Source of the DNA: a virus
Direction: 5' to 3' (one strand)
Virus record (IMG/VR): IMGVR_UViG_3300045988_053041
Coordinates: 1 to 37,933 of that record
Length of the DNA: 37,933 nt
Position 1 is the first letter of the stretch. Each line of letters begins with the position of its first letter. Positions 1 to 7,510 of the stretch are shown piece after piece. The notes beneath the pieces were generated by a model. That model made no database searches. It saw only the letters and a program-made list of their open reading frames with translations, and had not been told where the DNA came from. Both the position numbers and the translations under genes were made by a program.

Positions 1-55
1 CGTGCCGCCTCCCATCTTCTGCTGCGCAAGCTTGTCGTTGAGCATCCGTCGCAGA
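1..55. repeat. 55-bp terminal overlap, identical to 37879-37933 (circular assembly closure)
   Basis: cgtgccgcctcccatcttctgctgcgcaagcttgtcgttgagcatccgtcgcaga occurs at both ends. An ORF reads seamlessly across the junction. Confidence 0.95.
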
Positions 56-288
56 TACGTCGGCAGCTGCTTTTCCTCGGCGTTTGCCCGCGCCTTGTAC
101 ATCCAGCCGCCGACCATCGCCGTCAGCATGTCGTCCGCGTCGCAGTCCGGCTGGAGCGCAACGCCGCGCGTCGTGATAAAATCAGCGGCCTGCGTCAGGA
201 TACCCCGCAGATACGTCTCCTGCTGCTCGGTTGCGCGCAGGATACCGAGATCCACCATCATGTAGGCCAGCTGGGCGTCCAGTGACAT
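1..288 (-). CDS. Head-tail connector / gp6-like DNA-packaging protein (N-terminal 96 codons; continues across the circular junction)
   Basis: ATG at 288-286, 6 nt after AGGAGG (295-300). Translation is MSLDAQLAYMMVDLGILRATEQQETYLRGILTQAADFITTRG.... It sits directly downstream of the capsid gene. Through the overlap it ends at TGA 37873-37875. Confidence 0.75.
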   Translation of the reverse strand, partial: MSLDAQLAYMMVDLGILRATEQQETYLRGILTQAADFITTRGVALQPDCDADDMLTAMVGGWMYKARANAEEKQLPTYLRRMLNDKLAQQKMGGGT

Positions 289-304
289 AGGCCGCCTCCT
301 TTCC

Positions 305-2005
305 TTAGCCCGCCTTCGCGGTCACGCTGCCGGAGCCGACCGCAACCGCGCGGCCGTTGCCGTCGACCTCAACCACGGTAATGGTCTGGCCGGTCGTGCC
401 GTCGACGGTCTTATTCGCGGGCAGGTCTGTCCAGAGCTTATCAAGCGTCTCGCCGTTTGCGACTGCGATCGCCTGCCCGGCAGTCTGGTACTTGAGCTTG
501 CCGGAGCCGTTGCCCGCGACGGTCACGACGCTCTTGCCGTTGGCAGAGCCCGCAGCGGTGGTAACAATCAGCGTGCCGATGGCGGAGTTTGCAAGGTCCT
601 TGCCGAAGGTCGTTGTCTTGGTGGGCTCGACGTTGCCATAGTTTACAAGGACAAACGCCTCGCCGATGGCGGGCTTGCCGTCGCGGCGCTGGAGGCCCTT
701 GAAGCAGGTCTGGTTCTGAAGCCAGCGCACGTTGGTGTTGGAGTCGATGACCGTGCCCTCGCGCTCGACCGAACGGTACAGGCTAAGGAAGCCGCCCGCG
801 ATCTCGTTGTCCGGCATGACTTCCCACTCGACGATCTGACCGCCGACGACCGGCATAATGTCGCCAACGCCAGGGACCATCGCCGCAGCGGAATTGTAAG
901 CCAGCGCGCGGGACTTGATGTCCATGTGTGTCTTGCGGTTCATCGTCCAGATAACCGTGCCGTTGGAGTAGTCGGGCTTTGCAACAGCCAGTGCCGCAAC
1001 AAGCGCCTGGAAGAACTCCGTACTTGTCTTTGCGGCAAGATCAAGTTTCAGAATATGGCTGGTATGTAGGTCGGTGAATTCGCCCTGCTGCGCGCCCCAC
1101 CATGCGGGCTTCGTCGTTGCAGCCAGGCGCGTGATAATGCCGACCGGCATTTTTTCGCCCGTACCGAACCAGATAGACTTGTCGATTGCCTTGGCAAGGG
1201 AGGATGCAAGCGCCTGAAGGATGCTCGTCGCGAGCTGAAGGTCGCTGTCGTCCATCAAAACGGCGTTAGGAACGGCCATATAGCCGCCGACCATGTAGCC
1301 GTCCATGGTGAGCTGCCAGAAGTTGATGTCGAGTTCGTTGAGCGCGTCGGTCATTTCCGTCCAGATGGCTTCCGGCGCAACGCCTGCGACGTTCTGACGG
1401 GTCGTGCCGCGGAAGGTCGTCGTAAAGCAGTAGCGCAGGAACTTCGATTCCTGATACGTCAGGTCCCGCAAAATCGGCAGGAAGCCGTCCGGAATACCCA
1501 GCTCGCCGCCGGTGACGCTGCGCTGCTGGGCGCGTGCCTCGCGGACATTCTGAAGGAAAGTGCGGACCTGCTCGGACTGCATGAGCGCGTCGCGCTCGGA
1601 GTAGGTGAGGCCGAACCAACGGCGCTCGGTGGGATTGCTCATAGGTACAAAGCTCCTTTCGTGGTGATCGTTGTTTCTGGTGTCAGAGTTGGACACCGCG
1701 GGTGCTGCCGGGGGCGGGGTCTGCTCGGCTTCCAGCCGGGCAATTTCCGCGCTGCGGGTGTCGATCTCGCCCTGGATACGGGCAATCTCGGCGGCGTTCG
1801 CGCTGCGCTCCTGCTCAAAGGTATCCACAGCCGAGGATACAGCGTTGCGCTCCTCGTCGGTGCTCGTCTCAGTGATCTCGCCGAGCGCCTGGCGAAGCTG
1901 CTCTTCTCTCGCGGCAAAGCCGTCTCTCGTCTGCTCCAGCGGTCTCAGCTGCGCACGAAGCGCGGTGATCTCGCTGTTCAGGACTAAAACTCTAAGTGCT
2001 GCCAT
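305..2005 (-). CDS. Major capsid protein, HK97 family, with N-terminal coiled-coil (delta/scaffold-like) region and C-terminal Ig-like extension
   Basis: Track ORF 305..2047. I place the start at ATG 2005 (MAALRVLVLN...), 9 nt after AGGAGG and overlapping the protease TAA (TAATG). The order portal-protease-capsid and the HK97-like core support the call. Confidence 0.9.
   Translation of the reverse strand: MAALRVLVLNSEITALRAQLRPLEQTRDGFAAREEQLRQALGEITETSTDEERNAVSSAVDTFEQERSANAAEIARIQGEIDTRSAEIARLEAEQTPPPAAPAVSNSDTRNNDHHERSFVPMSNPTERRWFGLTYSERDALMQSEQVRTFLQNVREARAQQRSVTGGELGIPDGFLPILRDLTYQESKFLRYCFTTTFRGTTRQNVAGVAPEAIWTEMTDALNELDINFWQLTMDGYMVGGYMAVPNAVLMDDSDLQLATSILQALASSLAKAIDKSIWFGTGEKMPVGIITRLAATTKPAWWGAQQGEFTDLHTSHILKLDLAAKTSTEFFQALVAALAVAKPDYSNGTVIWTMNRKTHMDIKSRALAYNSAAAMVPGVGDIMPVVGGQIVEWEVMPDNEIAGGFLSLYRSVEREGTVIDSNTNVRWLQNQTCFKGLQRRDGKPAIGEAFVLVNYGNVEPTKTTTFGKDLANSAIGTLIVTTAAGSANGKSVVTVAGNGSGKLKYQTAGQAIAVANGETLDKLWTDLPANKTVDGTTGQTITVVEVDGNGRAVAVGSGSVTAKAG
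1680..1696 (-). repeat. 17-bp element copy 1 (plus strand GTGTCAGAGTTGGACAC), in the capsid gene linker
   Basis: Read directly. The gene strand gives GTG TCC AAC TCT GAC AC = VSNSDT. Confidence 0.9.
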
Positions 2006-2598
2006 TACGGGTTTCCTCCTAACTTCTTGTTCATTTCTGCGCGCCACGTTTCCAGGCGGCGCTTTTCGATTGCCTCAAAATCCCGCTTCCGGGCGCTGAC
2101 CGAGGTCTGCTCGTAAGCCGGGAAGGTGCAGACGCTGACCTCATACAGCGGGTCGATCTCTTCGATCTCCCAGCGGTATTTCCCATTGCCGAGGTCGCGG
2201 AAGGTCTCACTCTTGATGGCAAAGCCAAACGAGCACTGGTCGACGTCTCCGCGCTGGACTCTTGCATACAAGTTCATCGCGTCCACGTCGTCGCGGTTGA
2301 TACGGACGCTGCCCCAGAGGCCGCGCTCGTCCTGTTTGAGCGTCAGCGTGCCGGATTTCGTCCGGCCGAGAACTAAGCTCGTGTCGTGGTTGATGAGAGC
2401 TCGAACGTCGCCCGAGATCGAATTTGTGAAAGCGCCGGGCTTGATAATCTCGCTCACATCGTCCCACAGGGGATACTCCGAGTTAAAGACCGCAAAGTAG
2501 CCCTCAATGTAGAGGTCGCTCTCGGCTTCGCGCGTCTGAAACGCCTGCGGGATGCAGCGCACCTGACGCTGCTGTCTATTCTGTTCCACCGTCTCCAC
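2005..2598 (-). CDS. Prohead (HK97-family, S78-like) maturation protease
   Basis: Translation ...DLYIEGYFAVFNSEY...ALINHDTSLVLGRT...GDVDQCSFGF... is typical of HK97 prohead proteases. The gene lies between portal and capsid. The start may be GTG 2598 or GTG 2589. Confidence 0.88.
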   Translation of the reverse strand: METVEQNRQQRQVRCIPQAFQTREAESDLYIEGYFAVFNSEYPLWDDVSEIIKPGAFTNSISGDVRALINHDTSLVLGRTKSGTLTLKQDERGLWGSVRINRDDVDAMNLYARVQRGDVDQCSFGFAIKSETFRDLGNGKYRWEIEEIDPLYEVSVCTFPAYEQTSVSARKRDFEAIEKRRLETWRAEMNKKLGGNP

Positions 2599-3769
2599 CT
2601 CCTCCTTGTGTAAGCTTTTTCTGGTCTGCGATCATGTCGCGCGGGATGTAGTTTTCCAAAATGACGAGCTCGTTGAGCCCTTCCTTCGGACTGAGGCCGA
2701 CCCAGTCGCGCACCTCGTTGCCGGTCATAAGTCCGCGCACGTAGAGGTTGGATGCTACGTCCGCGAGCTCCTTTGTGCTGTAGCTGTAGAGCCTGCGCGT
2801 CGACATCGTAAAATAGAGGTCGGTCGCATAGAGGAGCTTGCGCGTCAATTCCTGGCAAATGATGTTTGCGATTGTCGTGGCGGTCGTCTTGATCATGTGG
2901 TTGTGCTCGCTGTCCGAGTACGTCCCCACGCCCAGCATGAAAGGGGTCACGCCGACGAGCGCGGCCACGGCCTTTTTGTCGAGTTCCACGCCGTCCTTGA
3001 TGGCCAAGTCCGAGAGACTCAGCGGCTTGACCTGCTGCACGTCCATGAGGTCGGCCGGGACGATCCACGGCTCGCCCGCGCTCGAGCCCGTGATGTAGTC
3101 GTCGATCAGACGGCGGCGGCCTGCCGGGTCGGAAAATTCATCGGCCAGCGCGTCGACCTTGACAATGACGCTGGGCTTCCATTTGTCCGACATAAAGCCC
3201 TTCTTCGTCGCCTGCTCCTGCCGGAGCGAGTTGACCACGTCAAGCAGGCTCATCCGGAGCCCGAGCCCCTGCCACGGGTGGTCGGGGTCGACCCAGCGCC
3301 GGAACTGGAGGACGGTCTCGGGGTCGTACTGATGGCCGCGCCAGCTGATGTAGACTGTCTGGCCTTCGTCCGGGCTCATCGCCTGCGCGCCCGGCATGGG
3401 GATAAGGTCGCGAAGCAGCCCGTCCCGCGTGACCGGAAGGATGAAGGCCGTACCGCTGGCGCTTGTGAGCATTGCCCAGACGATGGCAGAAATCAAATCC
3501 TTGCGCGTGCCGAAGTTCCACGGCGAGATGTCCATAAACCGGGAAAGCGCGTTCCGCACGCGCACATCGCCGTCCGGCGTATTCTGCATGAGCTGAATGG
3601 TCGCGTTCGACACGATGTCGGCAAGGCCGCCGACCGCGGCCAACACGTCCGGACTGTCAGCGAGCCTGCAATAGCCCGGCACGCCAAGCGTGTCCTGATC
3701 GACCGCGCCGATCACAAATTTTCGCAGCGCGTCGTCCTGCGCGGATCTGCGCTGCACCTTTACTTTCAA
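2576..3769 (-). CDS. Portal protein (HK97 family)
   Basis: 397-aa ORF with a TTG start at 3769, 7 nt after GGAGGTG. It has a portal-like sequence and sits upstream of the protease. It ends in TAG. Confidence 0.88.
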   Translation of the reverse strand: MKVKVQRRSAQDDALRKFVIGAVDQDTLGVPGYCRLADSPDVLAAVGGLADIVSNATIQLMQNTPDGDVRVRNALSRFMDISPWNFGTRKDLISAIVWAMLTSASGTAFILPVTRDGLLRDLIPMPGAQAMSPDEGQTVYISWRGHQYDPETVLQFRRWVDPDHPWQGLGLRMSLLDVVNSLRQEQATKKGFMSDKWKPSVIVKVDALADEFSDPAGRRRLIDDYITGSSAGEPWIVPADLMDVQQVKPLSLSDLAIKDGVELDKKAVAALVGVTPFMLGVGTYSDSEHNHMIKTTATTIANIICQELTRKLLYATDLYFTMSTRRLYSYSTKELADVASNLYVRGLMTGNEVRDWVGLSPKEGLNELVILENYIPRDMIADQKKLTQGGGGDGGTE

Positions 3770-4414
3770 GTGGCATCACCTCCAAACAGCGACAGCTGCG
3801 CTGTGTATCGTTCAAAACGGTCTTCTTCCGCGGCAAAATAGTCTGCGTCCAGCTCGCACCCCACGAAATCAAGCCCCGCGTCATATGCCGCAATCCGACT
3901 TGAGCCGCTACCAAGGTGCGTATCAAGGATTCTGTCGCCCGGCTTTGCGTATCTGGCAAAAATCCAAGCATAGAGGGCGACAGGTTTCTGCGTTGGGTGG
4001 ATCGTCCATTCGCCGTTGCGCGCACCTCCGGCCGCACCGTTCCACGGGATGTCGGCAATCAAAGTTTTTCGGTCAAAGGATGTCCAGCACATTTCCGCGC
4101 TGGCAAAAGTCAAGCATTCCGGGACATGTTTGTCCCATATCACCCATGACCGCGTCAGCGGGAGCTGGAAGTAATTACCCCCCCCAGATGCATTGATTCT
4201 TGCTTACGCGGAAGAGTTCCTCAAAGTATGCTGGGGGCGGGACAGCCGCATCCCACGTTTTCTTTTGCCGCCGTGGGTTCTTTGCGTTAGCCCGTCGTCC
4301 GGCGTTGCAGTTGATGTTAATCCCGTAAGGTGGGTCGACAACGGCGAGGTCAAATGCCTTGTCAGAGAGCGTGCGCATGTACTCCATGCAGTCCATGTTG
4401 TATGCGACGTTCAC
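3766..4414 (-). pseudogene. Beta-class (DPPY ... TQKP ... DxxxGSGS) DNA N6-adenine/N4-cytosine methyltransferase split by a frameshift in a G8 tract
   Basis: Track ORFs 4175..4414 (…VVDPPYGI…NQCIWGG*) and 3766..4143 (…IWDKHV…HPTQKPVALY…DTHLGSGSS…) are the two halves. Removing one G from the run gives the continuous IWGGNYFQLPLTRSWVIWDKH. Confidence 0.85.
4178..4185. repeat. C8/G8 homopolymer at the methyltransferase frameshift point
   Basis: gtaattaCCCCCCCCagatg. The premature TAA (4175-4177) follows immediately on the minus strand. Confidence 0.95.
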
Positions 4415-6534
4415 GCCTTTGCCTCCTCCCGTGTTTCATACCAGCCTGCGCCCTTGGCGCTGGCGGTCAGGTCCTCCAGATATGCGCACGCGGCAAAGAC
4501 CGAACAGTCAAAAACATCGATGCGCAGGTTTGGAGCTATTTTTTCGTACATCACCATATCGTCGGCCTTTTCAATGCCGGCAACGTTTTGCACGCAGTAC
4601 TCATAGGGCTCTGCGTGCAGGTAATAGAGCGTGCCCTGCTTCGCGCTCTTTTCCAGGTACCGGAAGCCCTCGGACTTGAGCGTAAAGCGCTGAATCTGCG
4701 CCTTGATGGGGAAGCGCTCTTTCTGCATCTCCACAAAATACTCGCGGCAGAACTTCGGGTCGTGCCCGACGCGGCGGATTTTGAAGCCCTCGGCGCGGCG
4801 TTTTTTGAACCAGCGCACAACGTCGGAGTGGTTTGTCACCTTGTCGTTCGTCATGTCGAGCCAGCCGTCTTCCATCCAGCCAAAGAGCGGTATCTGGTCT
4901 TGCGTCGCTTTGACCACGGCGGCCGGCCGCGGGAACCAGCAGTGCGGGATGATGATGTCCACGCCCTTGTAGTGCCCAAACAGGCAGCAGGCCGTGAGGT
5001 CGTGCATCTTGGAAAGATCCGCGCCGCCGTACCAGCGGATGGGGAGCTTCGCGAGCTCCTGGAGCGTCCAGTTGTACTTCTCGTCCGACCGCCGGAACTC
5101 CTGGATGTCAAACCAGGCTTTGACGGCGTTCGTCGTGACGTTGAGGCTCTTGTTGAGATATTCCGGCCGGAGCATCGGGTTCTCGGCCGCGATGGCCGCG
5201 TCGTTGATCATGTCCTGCGGCCGGATGGAGTAGCCCCAGCCGGGGCTTGCGGCCTTGAGGACCGCCGGGTCATGGAGATCCACATCGCCGTTTTCCATCG
5301 TCGGCGCGGAGCACAAAAAGCAAAAGATCGTGTCGGCGTAGTCACCTGTGACCGTTCCGCGCAGAATTTTCCGGCAGAGTTCCAGATGCCCAAGCAAGAA
5401 GCCGCGCGCGTTGGGGCCGTTGGATGAAATGATAATGACAAGCTTATTTGTGTACGCCTTTGTCGCGTCCTTGAGGATCTGGTACTGCTGCGGGCTCTTA
5501 TAGGTGTGCGCTTCGTCGGCGATGACGATGTTGCAGTTAAAAGAGTCCTGCTTGTCGGGGTTGGCTGCCAGGGCGTTGATGGAGATCATGCCGTCGCCGA
5601 CATCGCCGGAGATCGACCGCTCCATGTTGTTGTCGATGATCCGCAGGCCCGTCTCCGGCTCATCCTTGACGGTCACGCCCAAGCGCGTGCAGTTGTACTT
5701 CAAAAAGTCAAAGCCCTCGAGTGCCTGCTTTAGCGCGCCGCCGACCTCGTACACCTTCGAGCCGGACGCTCGCTCATAAAGTGCCAGGGCAAAGGCCAGC
5801 GCGGCCGCAAACGTCGTCTTGACGTTTTTTCGCGGGATGAAGTCCACAGCTTCCTTGAAGCGCCGGATCTTCGTGCCGGGAAGGTAGAACCCCATGATGT
5901 TGTAGACAATGAACTTGTGGTACGGCAGGAGCAGGAACGGTGTGCCGCGCAGGGGCGTCGCGTCCAGGAACTCGCCCTGCTGGTGGCAGATCATCGTCTC
6001 GATGATGGCGATGATCTCGTTCGCGGGCTCCGTCCGGAATTCCCACTTGCCGGTGTCCAAGTCTGACACGTACCGTTTGCAGGCAAGCACCGCGTCCTCG
6101 CAGAGGCCGTTTTCTCCGGAGAGCGTCGCTTCGACAAAGCTGTCGACCTCGCGCTGGTACTGCGCGGCGTGCTCTTCGGCGTGGCTCTTGGACTCGGAGA
6201 GCAGCTGCTCAAGTTTGCTCGCGCCGCCCATCGGGACGCTCTTGGCGCGCGCCTTGTTAAGCCCCGTCGGCGTGAGGCCGAGCTGGTTGCGCAGGCCCTG
6301 CACCGTCGCGCGAAGATCCTCGACCGCTGTCCAGTACGGGCTCTTGGCTGTGTACTCCGCGCCGGTCTTGTTGACCATCGTACAGATGCGCTGCCCGCCC
6401 TGCTTCTTCCACTCTTTCTCGGCGCGGGAGAGCTCGCGCTCCGTCTTGGCCAGCTGCTTGATCGTCGGCTCGAATATTGCGTTGTAGGTGCCGACAAGCT
6501 GCATGTCCTGCCGGATCATGTCCTCTCGCGCCAT
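4411..6534 (-). CDS. terL: Terminase: small-subunit-like (P27/Terminase_4-like) N-terminal ~140 aa fused in frame to a large subunit (Terminase_1-like)
   Basis: Track ORF 4411..6627. The likely start is ATG 6534 (MAREDMIRQD...). The N-terminus ...NKTGAEYTAKSPYWTAVEDL...QLGLTPTGLNKARAK resembles small terminases. The remaining ~565 aa is TerL-like, and no stop separates the two parts. Confidence 0.85.
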   Translation of the reverse strand: MAREDMIRQDMQLVGTYNAIFEPTIKQLAKTERELSRAEKEWKKQGGQRICTMVNKTGAEYTAKSPYWTAVEDLRATVQGLRNQLGLTPTGLNKARAKSVPMGGASKLEQLLSESKSHAEEHAAQYQREVDSFVEATLSGENGLCEDAVLACKRYVSDLDTGKWEFRTEPANEIIAIIETMICHQQGEFLDATPLRGTPFLLLPYHKFIVYNIMGFYLPGTKIRRFKEAVDFIPRKNVKTTFAAALAFALALYERASGSKVYEVGGALKQALEGFDFLKYNCTRLGVTVKDEPETGLRIIDNNMERSISGDVGDGMISINALAANPDKQDSFNCNIVIADEAHTYKSPQQYQILKDATKAYTNKLVIIISSNGPNARGFLLGHLELCRKILRGTVTGDYADTIFCFLCSAPTMENGDVDLHDPAVLKAASPGWGYSIRPQDMINDAAIAAENPMLRPEYLNKSLNVTTNAVKAWFDIQEFRRSDEKYNWTLQELAKLPIRWYGGADLSKMHDLTACCLFGHYKGVDIIIPHCWFPRPAAVVKATQDQIPLFGWMEDGWLDMTNDKVTNHSDVVRWFKKRRAEGFKIRRVGHDPKFCREYFVEMQKERFPIKAQIQRFTLKSEGFRYLEKSAKQGTLYYLHAEPYEYCVQNVAGIEKADDMVMYEKIAPNLRIDVFDCSVFAACAYLEDLTASAKGAGWYETREEAKA
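6053..6069 (+). repeat. 17-bp element copy 2 (GTGTCCAAGTCTGACAC), in the terminase gene
   Basis: Read directly. The gene strand gives VSDLDT. Confidence 0.95.
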
Positions 6535-6827
6535 GCTTAGATTTCCTTTCTCTGAGACTCTGCCAGACGCAGCGCGCGAACGCCGCGTCCAGTCAAAAAA
6601 GGAGGATGATGAGATGACTCCGGGCACCGGCGGTGGTTCCCAATGCCGCCGAGCTGAACTGCGCCCGGCAGAGCCTCAGATGGTTTGCGTCTTTGCGCGC
6701 CCGCGTCGTTTGCGCCCGCGCCGCGCGATTCGAGATTTTCGCGCGTGTGCGCGCCTGGCGGTCTCGTCTGAACCCCCTCCCGCGGTTTTCCCGCCGTCGG
6801 AAAGAGGGCCCCACTCCGGTGCTCCGA
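6535..6827. other. Non-coding gap between HNH and terminase; candidate cos / terminase-recognition region
   Basis: ~290 bp with no credible ORF; the only translations are Arg/Ala/Pro-rich. It contains short direct repeats such as TTTGCGCGCCCGCG / TTTGCGCCCGCGCC. The HNH-cos-terminase layout is typical of HK97-like cos phages. Confidence 0.45.
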
Positions 6828-7118
6828 TCAGAACGGCGGCGGCGCGTTTCGAGGGGGGGATACCCGCCGCTGCCAGGCGAGACCGCGCTCGGTCAGCTTT
6901 CCGGTCACGCGATCGTGGAAGCTGTTGTGCGCGTCAGCGCTTACCGCGATGAGATTCCAGCGGCAGAAGCGCCAGCCCGGGAAATCCTCGACTGGGTAGA
7001 CGTGGTGGGCAACGGTCGCAGGCTCCCGCCTGCCGTATCGCAGCGCCTCCTGGCAAAGCGGCTGCTCGCGAAGGACGCGAGCGCGTAAGTGTTTCCAACG
7101 TTTGCTTGTGTAATCCAT
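6828..7118 (-). CDS. HNH endonuclease (terminase-associated type)
   Basis: Inside track ORF 6828..7199, starting at ATG 7118 (MDYTSKRWKHLRARVL...). Motif ...VAHHVYPVEDFP...NLIAVSADAHNSFH. It lies immediately upstream of the terminase. There is no obvious SD. Confidence 0.8.
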   Translation of the reverse strand: MDYTSKRWKHLRARVLREQPLCQEALRYGRREPATVAHHVYPVEDFPGWRFCRWNLIAVSADAHNSFHDRVTGKLTERGLAWQRRVSPPRNAPPPF

Positions 7119-7122
7119 GGGC

Positions 7123-7162
7123 AATAAAAAAATGCCGAGCCTCCCGGTATGGGAGACTCGGC
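7123..7162 (-). terminator. Rho-independent terminator (T2) directly upstream of the HNH start
   Basis: Minus strand reads GCCGAGTCTCCC-ATACC-GGGAGGCTCGGC followed by ATTTTTTTATT. This is a 12-bp stem with one G-U pair. Confidence 0.75.
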
Positions 7163-7192
7163 ATCTTGCCGTCCGGCTATCACCTCGGATGT

Positions 7193-7239
7193 AAAACAAA
7201 AACGCCGATCGACTCCCACACTGTGAGATATCAATCGGC
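7193..7239 (-). terminator. Possible first terminator (T1) overlapping the KTR gene stop
   Basis: Minus strand reads GCCGATTGA-(18 nt)-TCGATCGGC followed by GTTTTTGTTTTAC. The large loop lowers confidence. Confidence 0.4.
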
Positions 7240-7458
7240 GCTGACTCTGGCTCTGGCCTGACGGCACTGGCTCTGGTTCTGGCTCATATTCACGATCGTT
7301 TCGCGCCTGCAATGCTTGCAGTACAGAGGGAAATCAACGAGCGCGGTCGTCGGTAAAATCTTGACCTGCGTCGCGTGCCCGCATTTCGGACAAACGATCT
7401 TGTTCCCCTGTAAGTCAAGTTTAGCACAAGGCTGCCCGGTATGCAACTGTTTTTGCAA
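7231..7458 (-). CDS. Cysteine-rich KTR-like zinc-ribbon protein
   Basis: ...IVCPKCGHATQVKILPTTALVDFPLYCKHCRRETIV... matches the Cys-rich KTR pattern. I place the start at TTG 7458, about 10 nt after GAGAGGAG. The start is uncertain. Confidence 0.6.
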   Translation of the reverse strand: MQKQLHTGQPCAKLDLQGNKIVCPKCGHATQVKILPTTALVDFPLYCKHCRRETIVNMSQNQSQCRQARARVSAD

Positions 7459-7510
7459 AAAAAGTTCGCTCCTCTCGTAAGATATAGTAAAGACCCAAGT
7501 TATTAAAGGC

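Noticed and set aside
2606-3841. Long plus-strand ORFs antisense to clearly recognisable late and early genes: 2606..3841, 4330..5427, 11783..12400, 17765..18442, 26925..27830, 27991..28725, 30578..31675, 32654..33376 and 34589..35479.
   Set aside because: Each lies fully inside a minus-strand gene with a confident family assignment. Their translations are Arg/Ala/His/Val-rich low-complexity sequence typical of the antisense strand of GC-rich genes. They lack SD sequences and operon logic.
6488-6952. Plus-strand ORF 6488..6952, preceded by AAAGGAGG, in the cos-region gap.
   Set aside because: The translation is Arg/Ala/Pro-rich with no domain character, and it runs antisense into the HNH gene. 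The SD-like sequence is probably fortuitous. I treat the region as non-coding.
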